Assembly (NCBI GenBank): GCA_041687695.1
Contig: JAWLBL010000002.1
Coordinates: forward strand, 166,761 to 230,760
From: Myxococcota bacterium
Lineage (GTDB): Bacteria; Myxococcota_A; UBA9042; PHBI01; JAWLBL01
Reading direction: 5' to 3'
DNA: 64,000 nucleotides
Shown piece by piece: positions 19,993 through 29,390 of the stretch (positions within the stretch are counted from its first letter, which is position 1; the number at the start of each line of letters is the position of its first letter). The position numbers and the translations under genes were made by a program. A model generated the notes under the pieces. It saw nothing but the letters and a program-made list of their open reading frames with translations. It was not told where the DNA came from and did no database searches.

Positions 19993-20100
19993 AGCCGCAG
20001 CGAAGGCCGGGGTCAAGGGCTTTGTCGTCCGCGAGGAATTGGCCGGCCAGCCGGCCGGCCAAGGGGGAGAAAGCCCTTGATGCCGGCCGCAGCGAAGGCT
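19993..20100. repeat. Nested inverted-repeat (long hairpin) element
   Basis: Arm GGCCGGggTCAAGGGCTTT (20005-20023) pairs with AAAGCCCTTGAtgCCGGCC (20070-20088). Inner perfect hairpin TTGGCCGGCC-agcc-GGCCGGCCAA (20039-20062). Confidence 0.8.
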
Positions 20101-20193
20101 ACCGCGCCCCCTCTCACCGCCTGATGCCGGCCGCAGCGAAGGCTACCGCGCCCCCTCTCACCGCCTGATGCCGGCCGCAGCGAAGGCTACCGC
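20078..20193. repeat. 44-bp tandem repeat, about 2.6 copies
   Basis: TGATGCCGGCCGCAGCGAAGGCTACCGCGCCCCCTCTCACCGCC starts at 20078, 20122 and 20166 (partial). Confidence 0.92.
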
Positions 20194-20267
20194 ACCCCCA
20201 CCAACCCCCTCACCGCACCTCAACCCCTCACCCCAACCCTGCCCCGCACCCCGACCCTCCCCCCCCC

Positions 20268-20810
20268 TCACTCCCCCAACTCCCGCAGCTTCCGCTCCAA
20301 CCGCCGCACGTCGTCGCCGCCGACGTGGTCCTCGGCGACGCGGCCCTCGGGGTCGATGAGCAGGGTGCGGGGGATGCTGTCGACGCGGTAGGCCGCGCTC
20401 ACCCAGCCGGTCGCGTCCTGGAGGATGGGCAGGGTCAGGCCGCGGGCGTCGGCGAAGGTGCGCAGGCGGTCGGCGGGCTCGCGGCTGATGGTGACCAGGT
20501 GCCACCGGCCGTCCGCCTCGCGGTGCAGGCGCTCGAGATCGGGCAGCTCCTCCTTGCAGGGGCCGCACCAGGTCGCCCAGAAGGCCAGCAGGACGGGCTT
20601 GCCGCGCAGCGCCTCGAGGTCGACCTTGGCGCCCGAGCGCACCTCGACCAGCTCGAACGGAGGCGCCGGCTGCCCGAGCGCGACCGCGCCGGACGAGGCG
20701 CCGCCGCGGCTGCCGAACCACTGGATCAGCCCCGCCACCGCCAGGAAGACGGCGGCGGCGATGGCGAGCTCGCGGACCCAGTGGGCCGCCCGGGTGGTGC
20801 CGTCCTTCAT
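20268..20810 (-). CDS. TlpA/ResA-family thiol-disulfide oxidoreductase
   Basis: N-terminal TM; GQPAPPFEL, FWATWCGPCKEELP and IPRTLLIDPEG; ATG at 20810. Confidence 0.92.
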   Translation of the reverse strand: MKDGTTRAAHWVRELAIAAAVFLAVAGLIQWFGSRGGASSGAVALGQPAPPFELVEVRSGAKVDLEALRGKPVLLAFWATWCGPCKEELPDLERLHREADGRWHLVTISREPADRLRTFADARGLTLPILQDATGWVSAAYRVDSIPRTLLIDPEGRVAEDHVGGDDVRRLERKLRELGE

Positions 20811-20820
20811 GGCCCCGAAG

Positions 20821-22446
20821 CTAGGCCCGGGCCACGCTCGCGGCAAGCTCGGCGGCGACGCGGGTCGCGGCGGCCCGATCCAGCTTGCCGTGGCGGCCGC
20901 GCGGCAGGGCGTCGACGCGGAGCACCTGCCGCGGTCGCCGGTAGCCCGCCACGTGCGCCTCGGCCCACGCCAGGAACTCGTCCTCGCGCAGCCCGCCCTC
21001 GCGCGGCACGACCAGGGCCACCGGACGCTCGCCCAGCCGCGCGTCGGGCAGCCCGACCACCGCCACCTCGGCGACGTCCGGGTGGGCGCGCAGCGCGGCC
21101 TCGACCTCGGCCGGAAAGACCGAGAAGCCGCCGACCTTCAGCCGGTCGCGGCTGCGCCCGGCCAGCGAGAAGAACCCGCCCGGCCACACGCGGGCCAGAT
21201 CCCCGGTGCGGAACCAGCCGTCGGCCCCCGGCCCGCTCGCCGCGCCCTCGTAGCGCCGCAGGACGCCGGGGCCGCGGACCTCTAGCAGCCCCGGCCGTCC
21301 CAAGCGCGCCGGGCGCCCGTCCTCGTCCACGGCGCGCGCCTCGAAGCCCGGAAGGACCCGCGTCAGCCGCGGCATCGTCAGGTGCCCGCTCGGCGAGGGC
21401 GGATAGACGCGCACGGCCATCGGCCCCGACAGCTCGACCATGCCGTAGACGTCCAGGAAGGCCGCCGTGCCCACCGGACGGCCGCGCAGGCAGGCCGCCG
21501 CGCCGCGCCGTTGGAAGCGGCGAGCGCGGTCGGGCGGCATCGCGTCGGCCGAGCTGATCCAAAGCTGGACGTGGCGCAGATCGAAGCCGTCGGCGAGCGG
21601 CTCGAGGTCGGCGTACATGGTCGGGACGCCGACGAAGACGTTGGCGCGCGTGGCCTCGAGCGTCTCGAGCACGGCGCGGGGCTCGAAGTGGCCGACGTGG
21701 ATCGCCTCGACGCCGGCGCACAGGGCGCCGAGCAGGACCGACAGGCCCATCACGTGGGTCAGCGGGAGCGGACACAGGACCCGGTCGCGGTGGGCGCGGG
21801 GGCCGGCGGCGGCGCCGACCGGGACCAGGCCCAGGCGGCCCGCTTGACCGACCAGGCCGGCGCTGGTGAGGGCGGCGGCCTTGGGGCGGCCGGTGGTGCC
21901 CGAGGTGCACAGGAGGACCGCGACGTCGTCGGGCGCGAGGCGGTCGGTGGGGCCGAGGCGCGCGGTCGGGTGGGCGTCGAGCCAGGCCGCGAGGGCGTCG
22001 CTGTCCAGGCGCGGCGGCCGCGGGGCCGGTGAGGCGTCGTCGAGGCCGCCGCGGCCGGGATCGGCGAGCAGGGCGGTGACGCGGGCGGCGGCCAGGACCT
22101 CCTCGAGCTCGCCGGGGCGCAGGCGCGGGTTGATCGGCACGGCGACGGCCCCGGCGCGCGCCAGGGCGAGGACGTGGAGCAGGACGTCGAGGCGGTTGTC
22201 GACGCAGACGCCGACGTGGGCGCCGGCGGCGTGGCCGTGGGCCTCGTGGGCGGCGGCGAGGCGGGCGACCGCGTCCTCGAGGGCGGCGAAGGTGAGGGTC
22301 GGCGGCCCCGAGGTGAGGCCGGGCAGCGGGGCGTCGCCGCGCAGGGCGGGGCGGGCGCCGAAGCGGGCGGCCAGGGTGGCGGTCAGCGCGCCGAGGGAGG
22401 CGCCGCGGCCCAGGGCCAGGGCGAGCGATCGGAGGGTCTGGCTCAT
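20821..22446 (-). CDS. AMP-binding acyl-CoA synthetase (class I adenylate-forming enzyme)
   Basis: TSGTTGRPK, YGMVE, WFRTGDL, GRSRDRLKVGG and LPRGRHGK motifs. Confidence 0.92.
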   Translation of the reverse strand: MSQTLRSLALALGRGASLGALTATLAARFGARPALRGDAPLPGLTSGPPTLTFAALEDAVARLAAAHEAHGHAAGAHVGVCVDNRLDVLLHVLALARAGAVAVPINPRLRPGELEEVLAAARVTALLADPGRGGLDDASPAPRPPRLDSDALAAWLDAHPTARLGPTDRLAPDDVAVLLCTSGTTGRPKAAALTSAGLVGQAGRLGLVPVGAAAGPRAHRDRVLCPLPLTHVMGLSVLLGALCAGVEAIHVGHFEPRAVLETLEATRANVFVGVPTMYADLEPLADGFDLRHVQLWISSADAMPPDRARRFQRRGAAACLRGRPVGTAAFLDVYGMVELSGPMAVRVYPPSPSGHLTMPRLTRVLPGFEARAVDEDGRPARLGRPGLLEVRGPGVLRRYEGAASGPGADGWFRTGDLARVWPGGFFSLAGRSRDRLKVGGFSVFPAEVEAALRAHPDVAEVAVVGLPDARLGERPVALVVPREGGLREDEFLAWAEAHVAGYRRPRQVLRVDALPRGRHGKLDRAAATRVAAELAASVARA

Positions 22447-22474
22447 GGGCGGGACGGTAGCACAGCGGACGGGG

Positions 22475-23935
22475 TCACGGCGCGCGGGACGGCAGGGCGG
22501 CGGCGAGGCGCGGGAAGCGGCGGCCGTAGCCGGGATCGCCGAGGATGGCCTCGACCAGCGCGCGGTCGGCGGGTGGCAGGGCCGAGAGCGTGGCCTGCAG
22601 CGACGGGGCGCCGCGGCGGTCGACCTCGGCGAGCCAGTTGGTGGCCCAGAGCCAGGCGTCGGCGAAGGCGCGGCGGTTGGGGAGGCCCGCCGGGTCGGCC
22701 GCCTCGGGGTAGAGCGCCAGGAAGTGGGCCTCGAAGATGCGCGTCAGCGTCGGCTCGTCGGCGCGGCGGCGCGGGTCGCCCCACCAGCGGCGCAGATGGC
22801 GGGACAGGGGCTTGCGTTCGGCCAGGGCCAGGGCGGCGAGGGCGGCCGGCAGGCGGTCGGGGTTCCGGCGCGCCCAGGCCAGCCACACGGTGGCCCAGAC
22901 CGTCGTGTCCGAGGTGTGGCGCTTGGCGGCCTTCACCTCGCGCTCCATCAGGTCGAAGAGGATCGGCAGGGGCACGAAGGAGCCCAGGAGGCGGGCGATC
23001 CGATAGGTGTTGCTGCGCGCCACCCGCGGCGCGCGCAGGGCGGCCTGGAAGCAGGCGAGGCGCGGCGGGTGCGGGTGATCCTCGGCGGCGGCCCAGCGCT
23101 CGAGGCAGGCGAGGTCGGGGGCCGCGACGGTCAGCTCGCGGGTGGCTGCGGCGTGCGCGCCCTGGGCCAGGAGATCGGGGACGGGCAGGGCGGTCTGCAT
23201 GCGTCCGGGGCCGAAGGGGTCGGCCAGGTTCTGCTCGGCGCGGCTCGGCTCGGGGGCGGGCGCGGGGCCCGGGCGCTCGTCGACGGGCGGCCGGGCCAGG
23301 GGGTCGTCGGCGAGCAGCGGGTCGACCCAGTGGCCGCGCGAGCGCAGGGTCGCGCGCAGCTCGGCGTAGTCGGCCAGGGCCCGGGCGAGCGGCGGCGGGA
23401 GGCGCTCGAGGGCGTCGAAGGCGGCGTGCTGGCGCGGGGCGGCGTCGCGCAGGACGGAGCGCGGCGGCGGGCCGGGCGGCGAGGGCGGCTCGGGTGCCGG
23501 GCGGGGCGGGGCCGCGCGCGGCGGGCGCCACAGGCTGCGATCGAGCTGGATCGACCGGTCCGCCACCGGCTCGGTGACGTCCTCGCAGCGCGGCTCGGGC
23601 GAGCCCGCCTCGGCGCCCTCGGGCGCGGGCGCGCACCGGCGGACGAGGGCGCGGCGCACGACCCGCAGCGTCAGGTCGTCGCCGGCGAGCCGGACGTGCA
23701 GCGCGTCGGTGGCCGGGTCGTAGCCCTCCATGGCGCGCGCGACCGCCTCGCGCACCTCGGGCCGGGCGAGCAGGCGCCGCAGCTCCGCGGGGCTCAAGTG
23801 CTTGGCGGCGGCGCGCCGGAAGGCCACGAGCGCGGGCGCCGTCGCTGGCGGCGCGGCGGGCGTCGCTGGCGACCACACGAGCAGCAGGGCGAGCAGCGCC
23901 GGGCCCCACCGGCGCGCGCGTGATGACGTCGTCAC
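22475..23935 (-). CDS. Secreted hypothetical protein
   Basis: 486-aa ORF with a signal-peptide-like N-terminus (RRWGPALLALLLVWSPA); fills the gap between same-strand genes. Confidence 0.65.
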   Translation of the reverse strand: MTTSSRARRWGPALLALLLVWSPATPAAPPATAPALVAFRRAAAKHLSPAELRRLLARPEVREAVARAMEGYDPATDALHVRLAGDDLTLRVVRRALVRRCAPAPEGAEAGSPEPRCEDVTEPVADRSIQLDRSLWRPPRAAPPRPAPEPPSPPGPPPRSVLRDAAPRQHAAFDALERLPPPLARALADYAELRATLRSRGHWVDPLLADDPLARPPVDERPGPAPAPEPSRAEQNLADPFGPGRMQTALPVPDLLAQGAHAAATRELTVAAPDLACLERWAAAEDHPHPPRLACFQAALRAPRVARSNTYRIARLLGSFVPLPILFDLMEREVKAAKRHTSDTTVWATVWLAWARRNPDRLPAALAALALAERKPLSRHLRRWWGDPRRRADEPTLTRIFEAHFLALYPEAADPAGLPNRRAFADAWLWATNWLAEVDRRGAPSLQATLSALPPADRALVEAILGDPGYGRRFPRLAAALPSRAP

Positions 23936-23990
23936 GCCCCTTGGGTGCCTCGAACCCGCGTCGAGATCACCTCCGCGGTCGCGATTCGGG

Positions 23991-26093
23991 TCAGGCCGGC
24001 GCGTCCGTGGCGGCGAGGCTCGGGCCCTCGAGCGGCAGATCGACCGTGAAGAGCGCGCCCTGGCCGGGCGCCCCCTCGGCGCGGATGGTGCCCCCGAGGC
24101 GCTCGACCAGCTGCCGACAGATCCACAGCCCCAGCCCGAAGCCGCCGTAGTGGCGGGTCGACACGGCGCGCTCGAACCGCCCGAAGATGCGCTCGGTCTG
24201 CTCGGCGTCGAGGCCGATGCCGTGATCGCGCACCTCGAGCCGCGCCGCGCCCCCCGCGGCCCGCACGGCCACGTCGATCGGCCGCCCGCGCCCGTACTTC
24301 AGCGCGTTGCCCATGAGGTTGCCCACGATCTGCTCGACCCGCGCGCGGTCCCACCGGCCCACCAGGCCGTCCTCGATGGTCGCCGTCACCGCGCACTCGG
24401 CCGCGGCGGCCGCGTCCGCCAGCTGGGCGAGCACGTCCCGGACGACCGCGCCGAGCTCGAGCGGCTCGAGCTCGAGGGCCATCTGGTCGGCCTCGAGCCG
24501 CTCCACGTCGAGCAGGTCGCCCACCAGGGCTTCGAGCCGCCGCAGCTGCCGCTGCAGCATGTCGACCCGCGGCTCGAGCGCCCGCGCCCCGCCGGCCCGC
24601 ACCTGCCGCATCAGCGCGTCGGCGCCCAGGCGCAGCGTCGCGAGCGGGGTCCGCAGCTCGTGCGACGCGATGGTCAGGAAGTCGTCGCGCTGGGCGATGG
24701 CTTCGCGCGCCTCGCGCATGAGGCGCGCGTTGTCGACGGCGACCGCGGCCCGCCGGGCCAGCTCCTCGGCGAGCGTCTGGTCCTCGGGCCCGTGCCGCCG
24801 CCCGGAGTCGGCATAGAAGAGCGTCAGCGCGCCCAGCAGCCGCCCGCGGTGGCGCAGCGGCACGGTGAGCATCGAGCAGAAGGCGAGGTCGCGCATCACC
24901 GCGAGGTGCTCGGGCCCGACGGCGACCGCCCGCAGCCAGGCGTCGTCGATGTCCGGGTGGACCGCGCTCTCGCCCGCGGACAGGGCGCACAGGTTCATGT
25001 CGGTGCGTTCGGATCGGGCCCACTGCGTCGGCTCGAGGATCGCCTGGCGCCGCGGGTCCTCGTGGGCGCGCGCGACGCGCCGCACCTGCCCGTCGGGCTC
25101 CACGACGTCGAAGAAGCCGAAGTCGGCCAGCGCGGGCATGGTGAGCGAGATGACGTTGCCCAGGGTCAGGTCCCACTCGAGCGAGCCCGACAGCACCTCG
25201 CCCGCCTCGGCCAGCAGCGTCAGCCGGCGGTGCGCCTGCTCGGCCTCGCGCTGCGCTCGGGCGGCCTCGTCGGCCAGCTCGGCCTGCCGGATCTGCGCGA
25301 GGCGCCGCTCGGTCACGTCGAGCAGCGTCCCCAGAAAGCGCAGCGGCCGCCCCTGGAAGAAGAAGGCGCGGCCACGCCCCTGCAGCCAGCGAGTGTCACC
25401 GTTGTCGACGACCCGATAGTCCACCTCGTAGTGGTGGTCGCCGTCCGGGTCGAGCGCGCCCTCGATGGCTGCGCGGACCGTCTCGCGGTCGTCCGGGTGG
25501 ACGGCGGACCAGAAGGTCTCGCGGTCGAGGACCTGGTCGGGCCGCAGCCCGAAGAGCGCGAGGCAGCGCGCGTCGACCTGCATGCGGCCGCTATCGACCT
25601 CCCAGTCGAAGATGCCCAGGTCGGCGGACGCCAGCGCCAGTCGGAGCCTATCGGCCGCCAGCAGCGCCGCCTGGTGGGCCTCCTCGGCGCGCCGCCGGCC
25701 GTGCACCGCCTCGGTCACCGGCTGCGCGCTGACCAGCACGCCGTCGTCCTCGACGCCGACGGTCCGCACCGGCGCGAACAGCAGGTCGACCAGCAGCGGC
25801 GCGTCGGCCCCGTCGTCGGTGGCCTCGACCTCGCGCGCCCAGGTCGGCTCGCGCGTGGCCAGCGCCCGCTCGAGCGACTGCGCGGCCGTCGCGCCGAAGC
25901 CGGCGACCCAGGCGTCCAGCGGCGCGTCCGCGGCTCGCGGGCGCAGGGCCGTCCACGCGGCGTTGGCGAACGTCACCGTCAACGCGGGCCCCTGCCCGTA
26001 GGCCATGGGCCAGGGCAGCTGGCCCAGGAAGGCGAGCGCGCGATCGAGGTCGCTACGGACCAGCGCGAGGGGCTGTCGGTCGGTGACGGTCAC
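23991..26093 (-). CDS. PAS/GAF sensor histidine kinase
   Basis: PAS (GIFDWE...VHPDDR), GAF (SMLTVPL..RGRLLGAL), ASHELRTPL, NLMGNALKY, DHGIG and GFGLGL. Confidence 0.94.
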   Translation of the reverse strand: MTVTDRQPLALVRSDLDRALAFLGQLPWPMAYGQGPALTVTFANAAWTALRPRAADAPLDAWVAGFGATAAQSLERALATREPTWAREVEATDDGADAPLLVDLLFAPVRTVGVEDDGVLVSAQPVTEAVHGRRRAEEAHQAALLAADRLRLALASADLGIFDWEVDSGRMQVDARCLALFGLRPDQVLDRETFWSAVHPDDRETVRAAIEGALDPDGDHHYEVDYRVVDNGDTRWLQGRGRAFFFQGRPLRFLGTLLDVTERRLAQIRQAELADEAARAQREAEQAHRRLTLLAEAGEVLSGSLEWDLTLGNVISLTMPALADFGFFDVVEPDGQVRRVARAHEDPRRQAILEPTQWARSERTDMNLCALSAGESAVHPDIDDAWLRAVAVGPEHLAVMRDLAFCSMLTVPLRHRGRLLGALTLFYADSGRRHGPEDQTLAEELARRAAVAVDNARLMREAREAIAQRDDFLTIASHELRTPLATLRLGADALMRQVRAGGARALEPRVDMLQRQLRRLEALVGDLLDVERLEADQMALELEPLELGAVVRDVLAQLADAAAAAECAVTATIEDGLVGRWDRARVEQIVGNLMGNALKYGRGRPIDVAVRAAGGAARLEVRDHGIGLDAEQTERIFGRFERAVSTRHYGGFGLGLWICRQLVERLGGTIRAEGAPGQGALFTVDLPLEGPSLAATDAPA

Positions 26094-26228
26094 GGAGCCT
26101 GCGTGTGGCGAAGTGGCGCGCGGAGCATAGCACCGAGCCCATCGGCGTGCAGCTACGGGCCACGAGGTTCCGGCCCGATGTCACCCTCTGTTATCCTGCC
26201 GCCCTCCTGCCACGCGGAGGCGCGCACG

Positions 26229-27620
26229 ATGCATCGGGTCACCACGGGCCTCATCGCCCTCGCCGTCTCAATGCCGGGCCTCACCTGCGACCAGGTCCCG
26301 GCGTCGCCCACCGAGGGGGCGCCGGGCGCGCTGGTCGCGCTGGACCTCGAGCCGTTGATCCTCGATCTCGAGCGCGGCGGCTGCGGCGAGGCCAGCCTGC
26401 AGATCGGCGACGCGCCGCCCCTGTCGCTGCCCGTCCGCCCGTCCGGGCTCGAGGCGCACGCCGCCGTCCCCGCGCCCGCGGACGGCGCGCTCTCCCTGCG
26501 CCTCACCACCGCCGCCTGCGGCGATCACGCGCGGACCGCGCCGGTCGAGCTGGCCGCGCAGGCGGTCACCCCGGCGCGCCCCCGCCTGGACGCGGACACC
26601 CTGCGGCTGACGTCCGCGGCCCCCGTCGCCCTGCCCGCCGACGCGCGCTTCGCCGTGACCTGGGCCGACCCGACCCGCGCGCCCGCCGACGTGCCCGCCA
26701 CCCCGGCCCGCGCGGGCGAGGCCCTGGCCGCGCTGCTGGCGGATCCGGCCGTCGCCTCGGTGGCCCCGTTCACCGCTCGCGCCTCCGCGGCCGACCGCCT
26801 GGGAGCCCTCGCCGCGCCCCGCGCCGCTGTCCGCGCCCCGGCGCCCCGCCCGCCGGCCATGTGGCTGGACCTCGACCCCGACGCCGCCGCCGAGGCCCCG
26901 CGCCGGCCGGCCGCCGCCGTGGTCCCGGCCTTCCTCTACTACTTCTCGTACTGCGACTGCGCCCGCCCTGCGCCGGGCCGCGCCTTCTCGGCCACCCTGG
27001 CGGACGGCCGCGTCCTGACGGGCCGCACCGATCGCTTCGGGATGATCGTCCTGCCCGGCGTCGAGGACGACGACGTCGCCATCGACATGGGCCCGGGCAG
27101 CCGCGAGCGCGCCCGAGCCTACCCGTTCGCGCCGGACGCGCCCGGCTTCGAGGCGGCCGTGCTCGAGGCGCTCGCCAGCGCCGACCCCAACGAGCGGCTG
27201 ACCGCGCTGCTCGACCTGCGCGCGCGCCCGCTGCCCGCGGCCGTCCCGGCGCTCGAGGCGCTGCTCGAGCACCCCGACGTCGCGGCCTGGCTGAACGCAG
27301 CCGTGACCCTGTCGCGCCACCCCGAGGCGGCGGACCTGGCGCGCCGCTGGGCGCCGGCCGCCTGGCAGAGCGGGGCCGACGTCGCGCGCGTCGCCGCCAT
27401 CCTGGGCGGCCTGCGGCAGCCGACGTCGGTGCCCGTGCTCGCCGGGCTGCTGCAAGAGGGCCCGCCGGAGGCGCGGCCCGTGGCGGCCTGGGCGCTGGGC
27501 GTCATCGCGTCGCCCGAGGGGCGGCCGGCGCTCGAGGCCGCGCTGCGCTCGGGCGATGCGGCCCTGGCGGACGAGGCGCGCCTCGCGCTCGAGCGGGTCG
27601 CGGGGGCCGAGGCGCGCTGA
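26229..27620 (+). CDS. Exported protein with C-terminal HEAT repeats
   Basis: C-terminal part of ORF 23730..27620, from MHRVTTGLIALAVS (signal-like); HEAT-like units such as AAWALGVIASPEGRPALEAAL. Confidence 0.65.
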   Translation: MHRVTTGLIALAVSMPGLTCDQVPASPTEGAPGALVALDLEPLILDLERGGCGEASLQIGDAPPLSLPVRPSGLEAHAAVPAPADGALSLRLTTAACGDHARTAPVELAAQAVTPARPRLDADTLRLTSAAPVALPADARFAVTWADPTRAPADVPATPARAGEALAALLADPAVASVAPFTARASAADRLGALAAPRAAVRAPAPRPPAMWLDLDPDAAAEAPRRPAAAVVPAFLYYFSYCDCARPAPGRAFSATLADGRVLTGRTDRFGMIVLPGVEDDDVAIDMGPGSRERARAYPFAPDAPGFEAAVLEALASADPNERLTALLDLRARPLPAAVPALEALLEHPDVAAWLNAAVTLSRHPEAADLARRWAPAAWQSGADVARVAAILGGLRQPTSVPVLAGLLQEGPPEARPVAAWALGVIASPEGRPALEAALRSGDAALADEARLALERVAGAEAR

Positions 27621-27639
27621 TCCGGCCCGCGCGCGCCGA

Positions 27640-28023
27640 CTACTCGAAGACCTCGCTGGCCTTCGCGGTGGCCAGGCGCGCCTCGAGGCGGGCCCAGTCG
27701 TCCTTGTTGGCCAGCCAGCGCGTCACGCCGGTCTTCTTGGCGCCCACCCAGAGCTTGCCGCCTTCGATGCGCACCTCGGACAGGTCGCCGAAGGCGTGCA
27801 CCTTCTTCAGCGGGCCGATGGCGGCCTTGACGACGACCGCGTCCTCGGTCAGCTCGAACCACGGCCGCGTCGCGTACGCCGCGCCCACGATGAGGCAGAC
27901 GACCGCCGGGAAGAAGCGGATGACGTCGGCGCCCCCACGGACGAGGAGCAGGTTCATCACGACCAGGGCCGCGCCCATGACGAGCAGGAGCACGGTCCAA
28001 CCCTTGCTGTAGCCGATCCTCAT
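27640..28023 (-). CDS. Small membrane protein (2 TM)
   Basis: 127 aa; two hydrophobic segments followed by a small beta-rich tail. Confidence 0.75.
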   Translation of the reverse strand: MRIGYSKGWTVLLLVMGAALVVMNLLLVRGGADVIRFFPAVVCLIVGAAYATRPWFELTEDAVVVKAAIGPLKKVHAFGDLSEVRIEGGKLWVGAKKTGVTRWLANKDDWARLEARLATAKASEVFE

Positions 28024-28102
28024 GGCGCGTCGATCTCCAAGTCGAGGGCGGAACCCCGCAGACCATAGCCCAGGCGCGGCGGCCCCGACAGCCTGGCGCG
28101 GG

Positions 28103-29317
28103 TCAGACCGACGCGGCGGCGGGGCGGCGGGTCCGGGGCTTCGGGCGCGTGGGCTCGGGGGCGCGCAGCAGGCCGTCGAGCTCGCCCTGCTGGGCGGCCG
28201 CGTCGCGGTAGCCGAGCGCGATGAGGGTGTCGGCGTAGGCGCCGTCGAAGAGCAGGTAGCTGGCGAGGTCCGCGACGCCGGAGCGGTCGCGCAGCAGGCG
28301 ACGCACGGCCCAGCCCAGGCGCGAGCGCAGGCGACCGGGGGACTCGAGCAGGCGCGCGGCGATGGCGCCGAGGTCCTCGCTGGGGCGGACGTTGACCAGG
28401 GTGACCGGGCGGTAGGGGCGGCGGCCGATGTGGACCAGCTCGGCCTGCAGGCGCGCGACCAGCTCGGGGCCGCCGACGCGGGTGGCGGCGGCGAGGACGT
28501 CGTTGACGCGGCCGAGGCGGTCGACGTCCCACAGCATGCGGTCGAGGAAGATGCTGTCGAAGAGCTTGCCAGCGAGGTGGCCCCAGCCGGGGAAGACGCC
28601 CGGGCGGGGCGCCGCGTCGTGGGTGCTCTTGACCGACAGGGCGAGCAGGCGGTCGGCGCCCAGGCGCAGGGCGGGGCTCAGGGGCGTGTTCTGGCGCAGG
28701 CCGCCGTCGCAGTAGAAGACGTCGCCGATGCGGACCGGCGAGAAGAGGAAGGGCAGGGCGGTCGAGGCCAGGACGTGGGACGGCCCGATGGGGGTGCGCA
28801 GGGCGGTCAGGGACTCGTCGTTCGGCCACACGGGGGTCGCGAGGCCGTCGTGGTGGTCGACGAAGACGTGGGTGCGGCCGCTGGCGATCTCGGTGGTCGC
28901 GACGGCCAGCGCGTCGAGGTGCCGCTCCCGGATGCGGCTGCGCAGGCGCGGCCAGTCGATGGAGCCGGCGATGAGGTGCTGGTAGGGGCCGGTGTCGAAC
29001 AGCCCCTTGGGCCCCAGGACGCGCGAGAGCGGGCCCATGCTGGCCTTGCGCCCGAGGCGGCCGATGGAGAAGAGCAGGACCCGGTCGACGGTCAGGCCGG
29101 ACCACAGGGACACCAGCCCCTCGACCGCGTCGCCGCCCATGCCGTGGCTGGCCATGAAGGCCGCGTTGACCGCGCCCACGCTGGCGCCGGTCGCGACCCG
29201 CACGCCGTCCAGCACCGCGGGCCGGTGCTCGGCCAGCCACCTCAGGACCCCGACCTCGTAGGCCCCGCGCGCCCCGCCGCCCGACAGCACCAGCCCCAGC
29301 TTCGGTTCCGCCGCCAT
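28103..29317 (-). CDS. Patatin-like phospholipase
   Basis: LSGGGARG, GASVG (GxSxG) and DGG motifs. Confidence 0.93.
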   Translation of the reverse strand: MAAEPKLGLVLSGGGARGAYEVGVLRWLAEHRPAVLDGVRVATGASVGAVNAAFMASHGMGGDAVEGLVSLWSGLTVDRVLLFSIGRLGRKASMGPLSRVLGPKGLFDTGPYQHLIAGSIDWPRLRSRIRERHLDALAVATTEIASGRTHVFVDHHDGLATPVWPNDESLTALRTPIGPSHVLASTALPFLFSPVRIGDVFYCDGGLRQNTPLSPALRLGADRLLALSVKSTHDAAPRPGVFPGWGHLAGKLFDSIFLDRMLWDVDRLGRVNDVLAAATRVGGPELVARLQAELVHIGRRPYRPVTLVNVRPSEDLGAIAARLLESPGRLRSRLGWAVRRLLRDRSGVADLASYLLFDGAYADTLIALGYRDAAAQQGELDGLLRAPEPTRPKPRTRRPAAASV

Positions 29318-29390
29318 GGGCGGACTATCGCCGCCCCCGTCGCCCGCCGCAAGCCGGGCGCGCGCCGCCGCGATCGGTTAGGCTTGCGCC

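Larger units (their letters stand above)
18104..20276 (-). mobile_element. Putative HNH-endonuclease insertion element bounded by 14-bp direct repeats
   Basis: CCCCCTCACTCCCC occurs at 18104-18117 and 20263-20276. The interval holds the HNH ORF plus ~950 nt of non-coding repeats and hairpins. Confidence 0.55.

Noticed and set aside
19250..20080. Short ORFs in the repeat region (19529..20080, 19561..20016, 19518..19886)
   Set aside because: The translations simply mirror the DNA repeats; no RBS or domain support.
19571..20193. Possible CRISPR array beside the HNH gene
   Set aside because: Repeats are degenerate, linkers are irregular in length and related to one another, and the 44-bp units have no spacers. 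The 401-aa protein shows no RuvC motifs that I could recognise.
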